Virus record (IMG/VR): IMGVR_UViG_3300037511_000207
Location: 1-60,601 of that record
DNA length: 60,601 bases
Reading direction: 5' to 3' (one strand)
Source: a virus
Taxonomy: Duplodnaviria; Caudoviricetes
Within the stretch, counting starts at the first letter, position 1. Every line of letters starts with the position of its first letter. Below, piece by piece: positions 59,231-60,601 of this stretch. The notes below the pieces were generated by a model, which searched no databases, had not been told where the DNA came from, and saw nothing but the letters and a program-made list of their open reading frames with translations. Made by a program: the position numbers and the translations under genes.

Positions 59231-60601
59231 CCCCAGGTGGGGCGCTCGGCCTCGAGCTTGAGATCGCCCGCGATCTCGTCGGCGATCGTGCGCAAGTAAG
59301 CCTGCAGCGCGGCGTCGGCGCGACGTGCGGCAGCGCTGCGGACAATCGACAAGTTTGAAGCGACAACTTCTGACCGCACGACGTTCCGAAACACTCCGGA
59401 AACGTCCCGCGTTGGTTCGATAAGCGTTGTGGGTTCGTGTGGTTGTGACCCCGATCGGTGCACATTCGTTCCGGTCGTAGTGAGGTCAGATTCGCTTGAG
59501 GTGCTAGCGGGGTAACTCCCGTGGAGGTTCGAGTCCTCTTCCTCGCACTTGAATGATTCCAAGGCCTTATCCCACTCCGTGGGCTCTGGGGCCGAATCGA
59601 GTATCGACAAGGGACTTGTCGTAACGCCCGCGGCGCGGGTGATCGGGGGTGCTGCACCCCAGGTGGGCACAGCCGCGCTCGGGATGGTGATCGCCTCGGG
59701 CCGGACGTAGCGCATGTGCGTCGACAGCTGGCGGTGGCCGGTCACCTTCATGGCGGTCTGGGCGTTCAAGCCTGCCGCACCGATGGCAGTCGACCACGCT
59801 CGGCGGAACGAGTGGAAGTCGACACGCTTGGTCTTGGCGGTGTTATGGTGGAGCTCGTGGCGATCCACACCGGCCGCCAGCAGCGCCGCGCGCAGGTCGG
59901 CCGCGAATGACTTGCGGGCCGGCGGGAACTGGAAGACCGGCCCGGATACTGGACGACCGGCCGCCACCCACCAAGCGCGGAGCTCGGCCGCCACGGCGTC
60001 GGGCAGGGTCAGGCGCTCAAGCTGGTAGGGAGCCTCGCCAGGGGCGCGGCGCTTGCCTCGCTTGGTCGTCTTCGGGCGCGGGACGTCGGCCCACTCCCAC
60101 CCGGACGAGCGCCCGCGCGGCACATCGATGTGCGTCCAGTCCCACGCTCGCAGGTCACTCGTGCGCATGCCGCCGAAGGCGCGGCTGACGATCGACATCA
60201 TGCGGAGCTGGGGGCGCTCGCGAGTGGTGGGTGCGTCCACGAAGCGGGTGAACTCCTCGTCGCGCAGCAGCACTCGCGGGCGCGGGTCGTCCACCCCAGG
60301 CGGGGTGTCCACGAGCTCGCCGCGCGCAGGGTTGCGCGTGAGGGTCTCTTCCTTCAGAAGACGACTGAAGACGTAGATCATGTCGCCGCGCATGTGGGTC
60401 AGCGTCGTGGTGCTCTTGCCCAGGCTGGCGACGTGCTCGAGCACACTCGCCACGTGACCGGGACGGATCTCCGCCACCTTCATGGCGCCGAGGATCGGGA
60501 ACGCCCAGCGCCGCAGACGGCTGGCGCGTGCGGGTGCGCTGGGTACTCCAAGGTCCAGTTGCACCTGCACCAGGCGCTTGGCAGCCTCCTCGAAAGTCTC
60601 G
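59227..60601 (-). CDS. int: Tyrosine integrase, catalytic part
   Basis: Catalytic set present: GMRTSDL (R), PKT (K), FHSFRR (HxxR), TGH, MRY (Y). Confidence 0.92.
   Translation of the reverse strand, partial: ETFEEAAKRLVQVQLDLGVPSAPARASRLRRWAFPILGAMKVAEIRPGHVASVLEHVASLGKSTTTLTHMRGDMIYVFSRLLKEETLTRNPARGELVDTPPGVDDPRPRVLLRDEEFTRFVDAPTTRERPQLRMMSIVSRAFGGMRTSDLRAWDWTHIDVPRGRSSGWEWADVPRPKTTKRGKRRAPGEAPYQLERLTLPDAVAAELRAWWVAAGRPVSGPVFQFPPARKSFAADLRAALLAAGVDRHELHHNTAKTKRVDFHSFRRAWSTAIGAAGLNAQTAMKVTGHRQLSTHMRYVRPEAITIPSAAVPTWGAAPPITRAAGVTTSPLSILDSAPEPTEWDKALESFKCEEEDSNLHGSYPASTSSESDLTTTGTNVHRSGSQPHEPTTLIEPTRDVSGVFRNVVRSEVVASNLSIVRSAAARRADAALQAYLRTIADEIAGDLKLEAERPTWG
59494..59548 (+). other. attP: attP core: 3' part of tRNA-Leu(GAG), inside int
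   Basis: GCTTGAGGTGC anticodon region, long variable arm, GAGGTTCGAGTCCTC T-arm and TCCTCGCA acceptor strand; the 5' half is absent. Confidence 0.85.
60363..60601. repeat. Terminal direct repeat, copy 2
   Basis: Matches 1-239. Confidence 0.95.

Noticed and set aside
59494-59548. Functional tRNA-Leu gene
   Set aside because: The 5' acceptor strand and D arm are missing; it fits an attP core

Overview
This window looks like the complete, circularly assembled genome (about 60,362 bp) of a high-GC temperate myovirus; bases 1-239 repeat at 60363-60601. The host is probably a myxobacterium, inferred from the SspB-like gene, the integrase style and the tRNA-Leu attP. The long minus-strand arm carries terminase, portal, head, contractile tail, baseplate, fibre and lysis genes, plus a replication and nucleotide-metabolism block (split PolA, SF2 helicase, PD-(D/E)XK nuclease, RuvC, MazG, dATP/dGTP diphosphohydrolase, methyltransferases). 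The plus-strand arm carries a primase/VapE gene, a repeat-rich non-coding region and an array of small early genes, most with their own promoter. The tyrosine integrase crosses the assembly junction and contains attP. The most unusual signals are: (1) two tail-fibre ORFs in one frame separated by a single UAG-C, suggesting programmed amber readthrough; (2) a genome-wide, transcription-oriented TGACCGCA motif, often in 11-bp tandems, resembling stoperators; (3) nine copies of a TGACTnCAG-N15-CCGTTC promoter defining often leaderless gene cassettes; (4) an 8/5-fold tRNA-like RNA with no canonical anticodon arm; (5) a PolA split around a SLOG gene; (6) a phage SspB adaptor alongside many proteins ending in -AA. 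All calls come from reading motifs by eye; no database searches were run.
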